Origin: Pelomyxa schiedti | Taxonomy: Eukaryota > Protista > Evosea | DNA: 64,000 nucleotides | Direction of reading: 5' to 3' | NCBI GenBank assembly: GCA_020536535.1 | Contig: JAHLWZ010000790.1 | Location: forward strand, 322,961-386,960 | Shown here: in pieces, positions 37,438 through 50,700 of the stretch | Layout of the letters: every line of letters begins with the position of its first letter | Position numbering within the stretch: position 1 is the stretch's first letter | The notes under the pieces: generated by a model | Database searches by the model: none | Told to the model about the DNA's origin: nothing | What the model saw: the letters and a program-made list of their open reading frames with translations, nothing else | Translations under genes and position numbers: made by a program

Positions 37438-39139
37438 ATGCTACGTGCGCTTCTGTTGCGCGAGATTGGGGCGATGCGGCCGGTTTTGTTTCGTCATACG
37501 ATGTGTGGCAGAGATTCTATGCTTCTAGCTCCAAAGTGCATTCTATTTCGTTTAGTTTGTTTTTTTTTTTTTTTTTTGACCAAAGAAAAAGTCCTACTAA
37601 AGACGTTCAAGTACCAACAAGCCTACCAATTCGTTGGCTTGACATTGATCAGGCTGAAGGGCGTTAGTATGCATTTTATTCCCTTTCCGGAAATTTGAAC
37701 ACTTTGCAGTTTACTTGCTGGAGGGACTGATTCTTGTATCAGTGTCATTGATGTTGCATCTTGCAAATCACCCATAGAACCGTTGTTTACAACTGCCAGG
37801 TATGGCTCTTCTTGCCACAAGGCCAATATTTACCCTTTATTCATTCATGCAGTGATGAAGGAGCAATGGTGAACATGGTGCAGTGGTTCCCACATGACTC
37901 TGGTGCATTTGTCTCAACATCACCTGATGGTGTCATCAAGCTGTGGGATACAAATAGCCAACAGGTAGCATTTCTAAAGCTTTTATTTAAGGCTGATATT
38001 CTGCTCTTAGGTGGTATCAAAGTTCCAGCCAGTGTCCCGCATAAACTGTGCATCAATTTCCCCACAGATGTCAACTCACATGCTAATAGCTGGTTTTAAC
38101 CTTACTCAAACATAATTCTGTAACTCTACTTATAGTTGGTACTGAAACGGCTCACGTACAACTATGTGACCTTCGATCTGGTATGGGGTCGCACACCCTT
38201 ATGGGTATGTGCCCCTTTTACTTTAGAGAAAGACCATGACCACGTTCTTTTATGTTCACTGTAGGACATTCCAAGGAAGTTAAGTCTGTTTCCTGGCAAC
38301 CAGCTAATGAGTATATCCTCGCTTCTGGTTCTTTTGATCAAAGTATAAGACTATGGGATATACGGTTTGCTTATGTAATGGTTGTCCTTTTCACACTCTA
38401 TTAGACGGGCTGGTGCCTATATAATACTTGACCAGAGCAATCACTCAACTGAACGTTTGCACTGTGCTACGCTTAAAAGCCGAAGTTAGTCTCCATCTCA
38501 AATGCATTCATTAACATCCTATTAAGGTAGCAAGCCACAACCAATTCGTTCACACAATGGGTGCATCAATTCCTTGCATTTCTCATCTGATGGGCATTAC
38601 CTGTTTAGCAGTGGTTTGTAACTTCTACCACCATATGTAATGATAGGTATAAGGCACTGACTGCCAGATGCGTGTATGGGACCCTGAAAATGGGAAAAAC
38701 TGTCTTGTAGAGTCATTTTCCTCCACCCAATCATAACTGAAACACAGGTAAACTTTGGTCGGATAAACAATCCATCACTACTTTCCCTTCAAATTACATC
38801 CTCAATCAACAATTATCTGGTGTACCATCCCGAAAAAAATGCTGTGCATGCCTTCAATATCAGTACAGGTGAGAAGTTCGCAAGCTACACTGCCCATTTC
38901 GCCCAAGTGAATTGTTGTGTGTACAACCCTTGTCAAGAGGTTTTCCCCCTAAGTGTTGCAACATCTCATTTGAAAAAGGAACTGTACAGTTCTGGTGAGG
39001 ATCACCAAATAGTGATTTGGAGTCCCCAAAACCATCGTTGCAATCAAGTTAGTAAACTGTGTCATCCTACCCCAGCTAACATCCCACAAAGAAAAGTAAA
39101 GTGGATGCAGAAGACACTTGGAGTGATATTAATGAGTGA
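37438..39139 (+). CDS. ERCC8: DNA excision repair protein ERCC-8 (CSA), WD40
   Basis: LDIDQAEGRYLLAGGTD, VQWFPHDSGAFVSTSPDGVIKLWDTN, LCDLRSG..HTLMGH, LWDIRRAG, AHFAQVNCC..ELYSSGED, C-terminal DTWSD. Confidence 0.93.
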
Positions 39140-39191
39140 ACTTGTAAAACTAGAACACCTAATTTATTGGTATAATCTCCATTCCCCACTC

Positions 39192-42100
39192 CTACCATGA
39201 GCGAAGGTCTGTCTCTGACTTACCAATAGGCAATGGGGGATTTCTATCAAGCCAAGATGGCCCCTTCCCAATTATTGCCATCCCAGTTGCCAGATCATGC
39301 TCTGGCCCATATACACGCACTGCGATTCCCTTTGCCTGCTTCAGCACCAAGGCGGCAAATGCCTGAACCATATTGGCACTAAGGCCCAGGGATTCTTCCA
39401 ACACTCTGTCACCTCCTTTCTTGCCAGTCATGGTCTCATACATGCGGAAGAGCAGCTGGGCCAATTTACTAAGGCATATGGCTACCTTGGGATCACCTGG
39501 GCCTATTGTGGAGTCATAGATGTTGAGTGCCTTGAGCCGCAGTAGAATTCCTTTCTCATATTCACCAGTGTTGTTAAAAACACCCCCCAGCATACTGGAG
39601 ATAGAACAATTTTAGAAATGTAATTGTAACTTAAGAAATTTGGTTTTGTTGTTGGAGTGTACCTGAGAGTATCTGCAATTTCAGTGGGCCCTTGATGGTT
39701 CCTGAGTTTGCTTTGTAATGACTTGTTGTACAATTCTTCCCCAATATCAAATTGATGGTCCTGGCTTATTGGTTAGGACAATTTTCTTACGCAACAGACG
39801 GAAAAAGAAAATGTACCCAGATACATAACTGAGCATAGTTATCTGCAACACTAGATTCGAGTGTTGAATGGGTTGGAAACCGCTCGTCAACTAAATGTAC
39901 TCATTGGTGTGCATTGGGGATTCAAAGAGTACTAACTTGGAATTCTGTCTAGAACGTGAAGTGCTTGTTGATAGTACCACACGGCTTCATCCATTTCATC
40001 TCCACTCCTTTGGAATGTATTTCAATAGTTGTTCATGATTATTTGGAGAGGAAAAGCTAGGAAGGAACCTCCGGAAGTACCCACAATTTGAGTACCGTGC
40101 GCGTGCATTTAGACACATGCTACAGCTCTGAGCTGCGAGTGAAAGGATATTGGCACATGAATACTGATCCTGAACGGATTTGGCAGCGCCAACCCACACA
40201 CCAACTTGGGACTTCGACAAGTATTTCGTCACTCTTGCTGGGAAGACTTCATAGAGCATTGAGAGTACTCTTTCAAGAAGTGTGAAGTCAGCCTCACTAT
40301 TTACTTTCTCAATCAGAGAGGTCATTACGTTGTAACTGTGAGCAGTCAACAGCTAGAAAATAATATATGTGGTAAGTACTTTTGATAACAGATGCCTCTC
40401 AGTATTGTGATATTGGTGGTATCATCCAACATCTTTTTGAAAACACGAGGGTTGGAAACCCACTCTTGTGCACGTTGTTCATTTTTGAGCTTACCCAAAA
40501 GTTGACCATACTCTGTCATCATTCTTGGATGATCAGGGGCATAAAGCCTTGAAAGAACTGTGGCCAAAGAGTTGTGCACTTCAGTTTTTTCATTGTTGTC
40601 ATTGTCATTGAGATATCGCTTTGAAACAGCTACTTTTAGTGCTTCACTTTTGATTCTCCTGATCCCGTTTGTACTTGCGGAGTTCATTAAAAAAGGCTCC
40701 AACGCTAGTGCAAAGCGGAACCACAGCGCGTGCGTTGTGTTTCCAATGGTCACAATTTCGTCATCTGTTAGGCCACTGTGTGAAGACACAAGATGTACTA
40801 ATATGACTTTCACTACTCCGGTGGGCACAGTGTAGTCTGCTTCCCACTGCTTGAGGAACAGTTGCATTAATTTCCAAAGGGAATCTTGTGAGAGGCATTC
40901 TTCAAGTTGTGCTGAAAGAGTTTCAAAGACACCATAAATCCGGAGGTAATCAAGTACTGTCTGAGTGATGATTATTTACCTCCCAAATTGGGGTCGTACC
41001 TTCAAATGCAGGGGATTTCCAGTTCGTGCATTTTTGCATAGGATCTCTAGTTTCTGCTGATCTAGTCGCTTTGAGTGATATGAGAGGTAGTTTGAAGCAA
41101 AAGACTGCTTTTGCGGTTCTGTGAATAAAGCCATGGTGTGCAACACAGTAGTTTTGTTGGTTTTCCGAGGTGTGTAATGTATACACCCCGGTGCCGCGAC
41201 GGAAAAAACAACGGCGTTAGGAAGATTTTCAGGGAAAAGCTCGATGTTGGGGGTATTTAGTTGGTCGGTTGAATCGATGATTACCACAACACTAACTGGG
41301 GAAGAGGAAGGGATCTCCCTGAATATAGCGATGATATTATCATGTGTAAGCTGTGTATTCGGAGGAATTGCCATGGTTATCCCGTAACGTTTCTTTATTA
41401 GAGTGCAGACGCGCCGCACAACTTCGGAGCCAATGGAACTGCGAAAAGAGGTAGAGCATGAGTGATAAATGACAAATAGATCTCTGTCAGAAAAAGCTTT
41501 CTCTGCGTGAACTTTCCAGTTGCACAGTAGTGTGGATTTTCCACTACCTTCAGGGCTATAGATAATGACAGACTTCTCTTCTCTAATACATTCATCAAGA
41601 AAGAGAAACTCTTCGTCTCTTGGAGTCCAGTAGCTACATTGGTGGGATTTCACAAAAGCTGCTTGCCTGGCTTCTTCACCACGTTCACTATTCTGGTTTC
41701 CTTCAGAGTCAAGCGGGAAATCCTGCTCAATGGCATTTTTCAGAAATTCAATGCATAGATCTCCCAATTCAGTAGGATCGGAATAATTGTATACTGGTAA
41801 CCCTGAAGAAATTATTCTGGTCTTTAAAGAGTGTAGTCTCTCTTCTGCTTCTGATAAAGGATCAAAGGACTAGACACAGTAGTTTTTGTCATACCAGGGC
41901 TTTCTGCTGCATAAATCCTTTGTTCTTCTTCACTCAATTTTGTGACAAACCCAAATTTGTTTCTCAAGAAAAACCCAGCATGTTTGGCTGATGTTACATC
42001 ATTCAAAGCACCATGAAGAATTTCCAACTCTGTAACTGAACTGTCCAGGGTGTTTTGAATCCAAGGAAATCCACAATCCTCTGCTTGTCTAAACGACTTT

Positions 42101-43400
42101 GTCAGCGTTGCAGAGTTCTCCCCAGAAGTACATCTATTAAGTGAAGTTCAGTAATCGCAGTTAGCCAAAAAAGCTGCAGCCCACCTAGACCATCCATATC
42201 TCTCCCCAAGCATACAAAGAAAGTACGGCTTGCACCTTTCTACCTGAACTGACATCAGTAACGTAAATAGAGGGGGGAGGGATCCACCTGCTCAAGGCAT
42301 ACGCGTATTGTATCCCCGCCAAGTGTTTCCTCTTCAGTGATACCCCACCTCAAGTCAACAAAAGAAATAGAGATATCTTGCCCTTGAAATATACGCTGGA
42401 GCTCTGGGAAAACCCTTTTGGCAAGAACATTCCTCTCACTGACAAAATCTCGAAATGTTGACGAACAAAAAACCTAACAGGGAATGAAAACGCCGATTGG
42501 GGCTAGTGCATGGGATAGTGCCTTCACAACTCGGGGGGTCGAATCACTGCCCAAGGGTAGGTTCCTATGATGTTCCAGTGCAAGTAAACCAAAGTCATCT
42601 ATAGATTGTGCAGGAGCTGCAAGGGACAAAGAGCTACTAGAATGTTGAGACCATGACAGAAGCAGTGACTGCAAATCAGGGTCCAAAAAAGAGTATGTCA
42701 GTTCTGTAATTGTACTAGTATCCATGGACGTTGCACCAGAAGTGAGTTCAAGACTGAGTTCAGGGTCTAAGTTCTCCAGCTCTGCACAAAATTCTGGTTT
42801 TGAACACAAGTACTCCTTGAGTGCAGACTTTTTTTTTTAAGAAAGAAAAGGGCTTGGGCTTTTTCACCAACAAATTAGAAAGGAAAAAAATAAATGCCAT
42901 AAAACAGCACAAAAGAAAAGAGAAAACAGAAAACGGCGTAGGGAAGAAACCCCAGCAGCAGCAACGAGTTGTATTCTATTCGCAACGAAAGTATCGCTAT
43001 CCCTAGCCAACAACTTAAACCTCCTACACGCGTCCAATACAGTGTTCCCCATCCTCACGTCCCACCCAACGAAGCCCTGCCACGCCGACTCTCCCCTTCC
43101 CCCCTTGCCCTCCTTCCCCGTGCTCGTGCTCGTGCTCGTGCGGGGCGCATCGCTGGGGGGCTTGGTCTCCGCCGTCGCAGCCGCCGCTTCGGGTTCGGTA
43201 GGGGCGTCGGCGGCGGCGCCGGGGCGTTGCTGGAGCAGCTCGCTGTTCTTGTGGAGCATCTGGACGGCCTCTTGCACGGCCTCGCGGGATCGGCCCGGCA
43301 CCAGGTCGATGTTGTCGGCCAGGCACTCGAGGTCGTCCAGAAGCGGCCACATTTCGTCCAGGGTCGTGGGTTCCTTGCGTATCGTCGGGCGTTGCGCCAT
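39192..43400 (-). CDS. STAND NTPase: N-terminal extension, DUF4062, NACHT-like NTPase, TPR (NPHP3/TEP1-like)
   Basis: VFCSSTFRDFVSERNVL..VDLRWGI..CLEQ-VERCKPYFLCMLGERYGW (DUF4062); SPEGSGKST, VIIDSTDQL, GNPL; TPR LKALNIYDSTIGPGDPKVAICLSKLAQL; join of the 43400 exon is inferred. Confidence 0.88.
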
Positions 43401-43529
43401 GTGCCCTTTGAATAGGTGGTTTCTTAGTGACAAAAAACCGTTATTCTGCGAGGTGGATGTCCTCCTTTTCGATCGTCTGGGAAGGAACTTTTTTTTGGAA
43501 AAAAATCCCATTTGGTGAGATATCAGGTA

Positions 43530-46500
43530 TTAGCATGACAGGGTGTTTGTTGTTCCTGGGCCCACATATGCTACGAATTTGACCACTCCTTCGACGTCTG
43601 CTTCGATGCGTTGTGTTCTGTGTTATGGTGAGTTTGGGGAGTTTGGGGAAAGGAGGTATTACATTCCACTAGGTGATTGAACCAATTTGTAGTAAACCAT
43701 TGGATGCAGGTGTCCAATGGTGAAATACTTTTTTCCATCCCCAGGCAAGTTTGAAAGTACTACTAGATCAGTGGAATACGAGATAGTCACAGGAAGGCTG
43801 CCGGTGCCCATGGTATAGTAGTACGACGTGCGGGAGAGTGGATTTACTGTGATGTTGTTTATTCCTAAATCAATGCCGTAAGCGACCTGTGAAAAGCGTT
43901 GTTAAGTCGCGTGTGTTTTGTTGTTTTCATTTACCTCATGTATCAGTTGAACCAGCGTTTCTGGGTATTCATGATAATAGGGGTTGTGTGTTGGCTTCGC
44001 TTCACATGTGTACCGCTCATAGAGCCATGTGCTATCAAAGAGATCATTGACCAAAGGCTGCAGCAGTAGTGATTCAAAGGTAGTTGCGTCTTGTACCTGG
44101 GTGTTGCAGTGAATGTTTACGCACTGGAGAAGTGATAAAGGATACAGCATAACGAGCATGCGCATCAGCCCACCCAATTCTGCCCATTGTCACAGCTGAA
44201 TCACCAGTGTTGCCATTGTAGCAGTTCTAAAATGAAGCTTACATGGAAAAGCTGAAAGGAAGTGGGAGTATACTGCAGCGTCATAATACACCTCAGACAC
44301 ATATGTAGCACGTGCATGGGTGCAAGGTCCCGCATCTACACGTTTTAAAATCTTCAGCCAGGTTTCAGTGCTATCCGAAAGATTAAAAGAAAAAGAAAAC
44401 CTTTGTTGCAAGATCGGAGGATGGGATATTGAATGCAACAGCTAACAAGTTAGAATCGTAATCAACAAAATCCCTTGTGGTACCATCAGGATTCTAGCAG
44501 GTTTTAGTTGTGATCCCTCGTAGGGGTGTTACCAGTTGTGTGATATAGTGGTCTCCATCTGGTGAGAGTAGGAGAGAGTTGATTGCAGAAGCCATGTTAG
44601 AGGCATAGTCCCTAAGTTGATCTGCAGCTGAGGGGTTGTTCAAGAAAATTTCTAGTTCAGCCATTTCTTACAAATTTGTCAGAAATTTAAAAAAAAAAAT
44701 AGTCCTGACCTCGGAAGAGATAAACAAGTAGAGAATTAGTATCAGATGTATAATTGTTGCGTATGAAGACATCGATCCACAGAGGGCCTAAATAATTTTA
44801 ACATTCCCTGTGATTGTCATGGCTAAAACCTGGGGCCAGAACAAGGTCATTGGGGGAAATTAGATTGGTGAGAAAAGAGACAGCCTTCCTAATGGTCTCA
44901 ATATCTTCCCGTCAAGTTAACATAAGTGGTTAATGATATGGTATCTACTCTCTGAAAGCCACTCATAATCCCCAGTAATTTTTACGTATCTATTTGTGTT
45001 AAAAAACCAAAAAAAAAAAAAAAGGCAGGGGCGAGTACTCAAGAGCTGCAAGGGTCCAGAAACAGTTCGGGCCTGTCTGAGTTGCCCCTTTTTAGCAGTG
45101 AGAATGACCATATTCACTTCGTTTGACACACCACTAATGGCTATATAGGTCGGCTCATTCACAATAAAGTGGTGAGGAATTTGTCCTGTTTCAAGGATGT
45201 AATCGCCAGATAGCTCCACCAATTTACGTGCTTCGTTGTGTAAGAAAGGATCTCCTGAGTACAGAAGAGATGTTACACAGAACCAGGTGTCTGATTGCAC
45301 TCAAGTAAATTGATTGCGTAACGTAATGTTATTAGTAACCAGGGTCGTAGAAGTTATACAAATCAGAATAGGAATGACTTGGGGTTGCAAGGGTGGGTGA
45401 CATCTAGATCAATGAATGAATGAGGCATGTTTTCAGGAGGGAAAAAAAAAATACTTCTCCGGCTGTTTCGTTGTAGTAACTGACAAGTGCCCCAACGGCA
45501 GTCCCATATATGGAAGTGAGTCTGGCCCTAACATCGTCAAAGCAACTAGAAAAGAAAGGGTCAAATGGAATACAGTTGCGTAATTGTATACCACTCCAAA
45601 TCTTCTTCAGGCGCCATACTTGAAGGAAAATCATACTCTGATGCATAAATTTGCACAGCAACAGTCCATGACATAGTTGTGTCAATAGATAATTCGGGTG
45701 CATCTTGCCATTTCTGTGATAGGTCCCAGTTGTCACAGTCAGGGTATTCCCCAATTGAAATGATGTGAAACCCTGAACAAAATGAGCAAAATGAGGGACA
45801 ATTCGCCCCTTCAACTCTATCATTCTCACCAGTTCGCATAAGCTGATCAGCCACAGTTGAACTGAAAGTTGTTGTCTTGGAGATTGCTGCTCCAGATGGC
45901 CATATCTCCACACTGCCCCCACCAAGTGCATACATTCGATTCAACACGGGCCCATTGGTGGAAATTGAGCGACCTGGAGAATCCATCATTTGAATAACGC
46001 CCCTGTCATCAAACAGTGTATAAATGCTCTTGGGAACCAAGTAGCTAGGGAGAAGTCGGAAAAAAATAAGGAAAAAACCTGGAATTACATACAAAGCCAA
46101 CTGTGAAGAAAGAATGGATGTGGATGTGACAGGTTGTACAACCACAGACAAGTCCATATAACGAGAGGTTGATTCAAGGGACAAAGTCCAATCAGATGTG
46201 AGAGTGGGATTACCAGGGTCATCAACAACATTGTGCACAACGACAGTGCTACCACTAGTGTCATTTCGCAGAACTTCCACCTTTTTGTTACGTTCAAATT
46301 GCAGTTGCAAAAAAAAGGATAGAGCTGAAAGGAGATGATAGAATCCACACTTACAGACAAGGAACTGGAGGCACCAAGAGATGATGCCGTAGTGTCATAG
46401 CCCAGCAGTGTTTTGTAGTTCATCTCCAACACAATTCCCTTGCGATTCAATGAATCCCGTTTTGGGGTTGATAACACATTTGGGGACTGCGAGAAATCCC

Positions 46501-46731
46501 CAGTGCCCAACACTGAGCCTTTGATAACATCGATGCATGGGTTGGCTAAATCAAACCTGGTTATATACAACGTTAAGGAACAGCTTGAGTAACAAATTGA
46601 CACAGTAACTCTGAATGGAAAAAATTGTTTGACAATGTCACACGGTCAGAGGTAATGACGAGATCCCCGGCCACAGTTGCCGTTAAAATTACAAAGACAA
46701 CGGCCAACACAACCGCAAACGACGCCATCAT
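43530..46731 (-). CDS. Secreted six-hairpin (alpha/alpha)6 glycosidase-like protein, family unassigned
   Basis: Signal MMASFAVVLAVVFVILTATVAG; helical-barrel motifs DTWFCVTSLL, TGQIPHHF, FWTLAALEYVKITGDYEWL, LWIDVFIR, SDTNSLL, DHYITQL, DFVDYDSNLLAVAF, WLYERY. Confidence 0.7.
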
Positions 46732-46809
46732 CAATTTGAAGAAACTTTCAGAGAAATCTCGCGTAGGAGAAAAAAGGTTTTCATAAAACCAGTGTCTCTT
46801 GTATCAGTA

Positions 46810-47658
46810 TCATGTGTGGAGTAAAGGTTGGGACACAGGGAGTATGGAGGTAGATGTAGTTGTTGGTGTGGGGTTTTCCTGGCTGTTATTCTTGTTCTGG
46901 CTCTTCTTATTCTTGTGCTTGTTTTTGTGCCTGGGTTTGCTCTTTCCCTTTCTTGTGTGCTTTTTTGGTGTTTTTGCGGTGGGAATAGGAACCGTGACTG
47001 TGCCTTGTTTGATCGGAGCCACATCCACCTCCATATTGGTGCCTGTAACATTTACATCATTCGTTGTGACAGTGGAATTGCCACCAGAAGACCCCTGCAC
47101 GCCACTCTGTTGGAGAAGGTTCTGATTCTTGTTCTTGTTCTTGTTCTTGCCCTTGCTCTTGTTACTGACACTGATCTTGCATTTGCCCTGCTTGCTTTTC
47201 CCCCTTCTCCTTCTTCTCCTGCTGCCTCGTGTGCAATCGCCGCAGCCACCAGGGGCGACCGCGGGACCCCCGCCGCCCGGCGCGAGCAGCATCGCGGCGA
47301 GGGCGCGGGGGGACACGGTGTGGTAGCGCCTCAGGGCCCCGCAGGTGCGGCAGCGCCACGCGACGTGGGTGCGGCGCCAGGGGCACACCTTGGCCCGCGC
47401 CGTGACCCCCGCCACCAGCGGCGTGCTGCAGATGCGGCAGAGGGAGCGCTTCAGGCTGGGCGACAGCCGCAGCACCTGCTTCTGTGCGACTGTGCGCAGG
47501 GTGCGGGAGTAGATGGCCGACAACTGGGGCACCGCGGGCAGCAAAAGCAGCGACGCCTGGTGCAGGTAGTTCATCCTCTTGAAGCTGTCCTCATTACAAT
47601 ACACCTTGAGTGCCTTTTTACTCGGTTCCGCTGCCGTTCCGTTGTTTTCCTCCATCAT
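46810..47658 (-). CDS. RPP21: RNase P subunit Rpr2/RPP21 with long basic C-terminal extension, intronless
   Basis: RMNYLHQAS..VAQKQVLRLSPSLKRSLCRICSTPLVAG..WRCRTCG zinc ribbon. Confidence 0.9.
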   Translation of the reverse strand: MMEENNGTAAEPSKKALKVYCNEDSFKRMNYLHQASLLLLPAVPQLSAIYSRTLRTVAQKQVLRLSPSLKRSLCRICSTPLVAGVTARAKVCPWRRTHVAWRCRTCGALRRYHTVSPRALAAMLLAPGGGGPAVAPGGCGDCTRGSRRRRRRGKSKQGKCKISVSNKSKGKNKNKNKNQNLLQQSGVQGSSGGNSTVTTNDVNVTGTNMEVDVAPIKQGTVTVPIPTAKTPKKHTRKGKSKPRHKNKHKNKKSQNKNNSQENPTPTTTSTSILPVSQPLLHT

Positions 47659-47709
47659 TTTCGAATGTTTTTCTTTTTTGTGATTGAATCTTGGAGAAAG
47701 AACTGGTAT

Positions 47710-50700
47710 TTAGCAGTACAAGAGCAGACTGGAAGTTGCTGGTTTGGGAGAACCAATTTCGATTATGCGCTCCATGTCACAGGGGATACTGAGTTTCCTT
47801 CCATCTGTTGTGGGATTGATTAACTGCTCTGTTTTGGTATGTTTGGGTACTTACTTGTGGTTTGTTTTGAAATGGCAAGGCTCTCAGTGTAGAGTGGTAT
47901 GGTTACAATGGTTGAGGCTCCAGGCTGTAGCATTGACACCCTATCAAACCCAAATAATTTACGGAATGGAACAGTTGTTCCATTTCCAGTGATGAAACCT
48001 AAGACACTAACATCACTGGCAACGGGCCCAGTGTTAGTCACTTTGACTTGATAGTTTGTCACAACTGAGTGATCCCTTATGAGTATAACTAAATAAGTTG
48101 ATTAACATGGATAAGCACAAACCTCTCAAGCTGCGCTTCTAGGTCTTCAGTGGAAAACTTCGAAACTGAGGATGATAATAGTTGGTAGTCAAATGTAGTA
48201 TAACTCAGGCCAAAACCAAATTCGTACAAAGGCGTGCTCTACAGGAAGAAATCCGTGATTGGTTTGAGGCACAAAGATAAAAGACCTGGTAATACAAGTA
48301 GGTTATTCCACCGTTATCTTTTATAGACTGATCCGTCATTTTCCTCCGATTGACGAAATCTGGTTTTCATTAGGTAAATGCTTTTTATAGCTTCCCAAAC
48401 CTGCGTCATACACAGTATATGGAAGTCGGCCTGAAGGAGAAACATCTCCAAAGAGAACGGAGGCAATAGCGTCTCCACCAAGCTCTCCAGGGTAAAAAGC
48501 ATCTACTATTGCTGGAACATTTTCCTGTAAAAAAAAAAAGGTCTGTGCTGAGCCCTAGAAAGGACAACTTACAATAAGCCACTCTACTGCTAGCTGTCCA
48601 CCATGAATGAGCACCACAACAGTCGGTGTTCCAGTGCCAAAAACCGCTTGTATTAACTGGATTGTGTTAGTTGCATCCAATCCAGTGGTTTGTTACGGGG
48701 AGCTGTTGGCCCGGAAGAGAAATATCAAGTCTGTCATGGCCCTCATCTTCTCTTGCATCCCCTCCCCCTTGACCAGGGTGCAACCCAACAAACACAAGTG
48801 CTACCTGTGAGCTGTTACTCATTCATCCACTTTTATGGTCATAACCTCAGCTGCAGATGCTACAGAAACGGCTTCGGCAAAGCCACTTGTATCATCTCCA
48901 CTTAGCTGGCAGCCCATAGCAGTACCAACCACATTAGCATTACCAATAAGACTCTTGATAGCTTTTTCTGGGGAGTGATCTTCCACGAGAGTATTCGTTC
49001 CCCTATAAATTGATAGCATGTCTTGGGTTGCATTGAAGTGCTTTGATAGGAAAATAAGTGCAGGAGGAAGAAAGGATTAACAGTACCGGTCCTATTAACG
49101 CCACTCGTGTGGTTTTGCTCAGTGGCAGAATGTTGTCATTCTTCAACAAGACAATGGACTGAGGTCATGTTAAAAAGTTTTGTTGTTGCCATTATTAGTA
49201 TTATTATTGACTCTTGCCTGCTGTGAAGCTTCCAAAGCCACTTGACGGTGCTCGGGTGAGTCAACTTGTTCTGGCCCATAAGTGCTCCATGGAACCTGGA
49301 ACTATTAGTACATGTTGCAGTGATAACCGAGAAAAAAACCAGAGAGGGGGTATCCAATTCTCCCAGTGTAAACACTTGGGTCCAAACTCGTACAAAAGCT
49401 GCATCCAGTGCAGATTCTGGAACAGCACCATCTCTTACAGCCTTTGGTAAATGCTCACCAAAGAATTTGTCACAAGCAGCGTCACAACCAGATAGCACAG
49501 CAGCAGCGGCGGTTTCATCATAGTTGTGTGTGTAGTGATGCTTATGAAATAAGTAAAAAGACTTGTTGTATGTGAAGATGGACTACCGATGAGAATATTT
49601 CTGAGACAGCATTGCACTATAAAGGAATAAGTCAAATATTCCCAAATAAGAATCATACATCAGAAACAAAGAATCCCTCAAATCCCCACTCTCCTCGAGC
49701 CACTTCATTCATGAACTCATTGTTAGCACAGGAGGGTACACCATTCACAGCGTTCTATTTTATGTGAAAACTTTCTAAGGTTAAGAAAAAACACACATAG
49801 GCACACATGATGGACCGTAAATTTGCGCGTTGTATAGCTGCCTGGAAAGGTGGGAAGTAATAGTTGTATTGATCATCCTCAGATACAAGTGCATTGTAAG
49901 AACTGTTGTATAGCCGTTGAAAATCAAAATAGAGGAAAGAATGACGAACCTTCGATCGTAAATTAACCAGCTATCCAGATCTTTTGATTAAAGTTTAAAC
50001 TTCCAAAAATATTGAATTTTGCAGGCCTGGGAATACTTACCATAATCAGCATAATGTTTTGCTGTTGGTACAGACTTCAGGTATAATCCATTCACTGGAT
50101 CTGGAGCAGTTGTATTTTGCATGGCTGTGATCCAATATGTTGCATACTCGCTTGTTAAGTAGGGCTTTTTAGAGGTCAGTACCATGGAGAAAAGGTGGTC
50201 TGACGCATTACATCTTCGCCTGGAACTTCTTGTCCCCTTCCCCATCGAGGATCGCTATACAAATTAAGTAAATAGAATAAGAAGACAAGTAAGACGTACC
50301 GGAAAAGGTTTATATCAGGGGCCCATAGAAGCAATCCAGCAATGTCTTGATTATACAAGGCACGAGCTTCAGTAGAAATCATTTCTCCAATCTGTATTTA
50401 CTTGAGACAATGATTACACTTCTGAGAAATAAACTGTTGTCCACAAAGTGCGATTAAATGTTGCCCCCAGAGCTAGGGCATGAGGAAAACTAATGTTGAA
50501 GTTAGAAATTCCTGTATTGAAGAAAAATTTGGCTGCCTTGTAGGACATCCAGTGTTGCCATTGTAGGTAGCTCCACAGTCAGTACAAACACCATGTAGCG
50601 CCTCTGAATACCGAAGAAAAGGTACCCCCAGTCGAGGAATGCCTGGAGCACCACCAGCCCTGCTCCACATATTCAGACACTTTTCTTCTAGTGTCAATCG

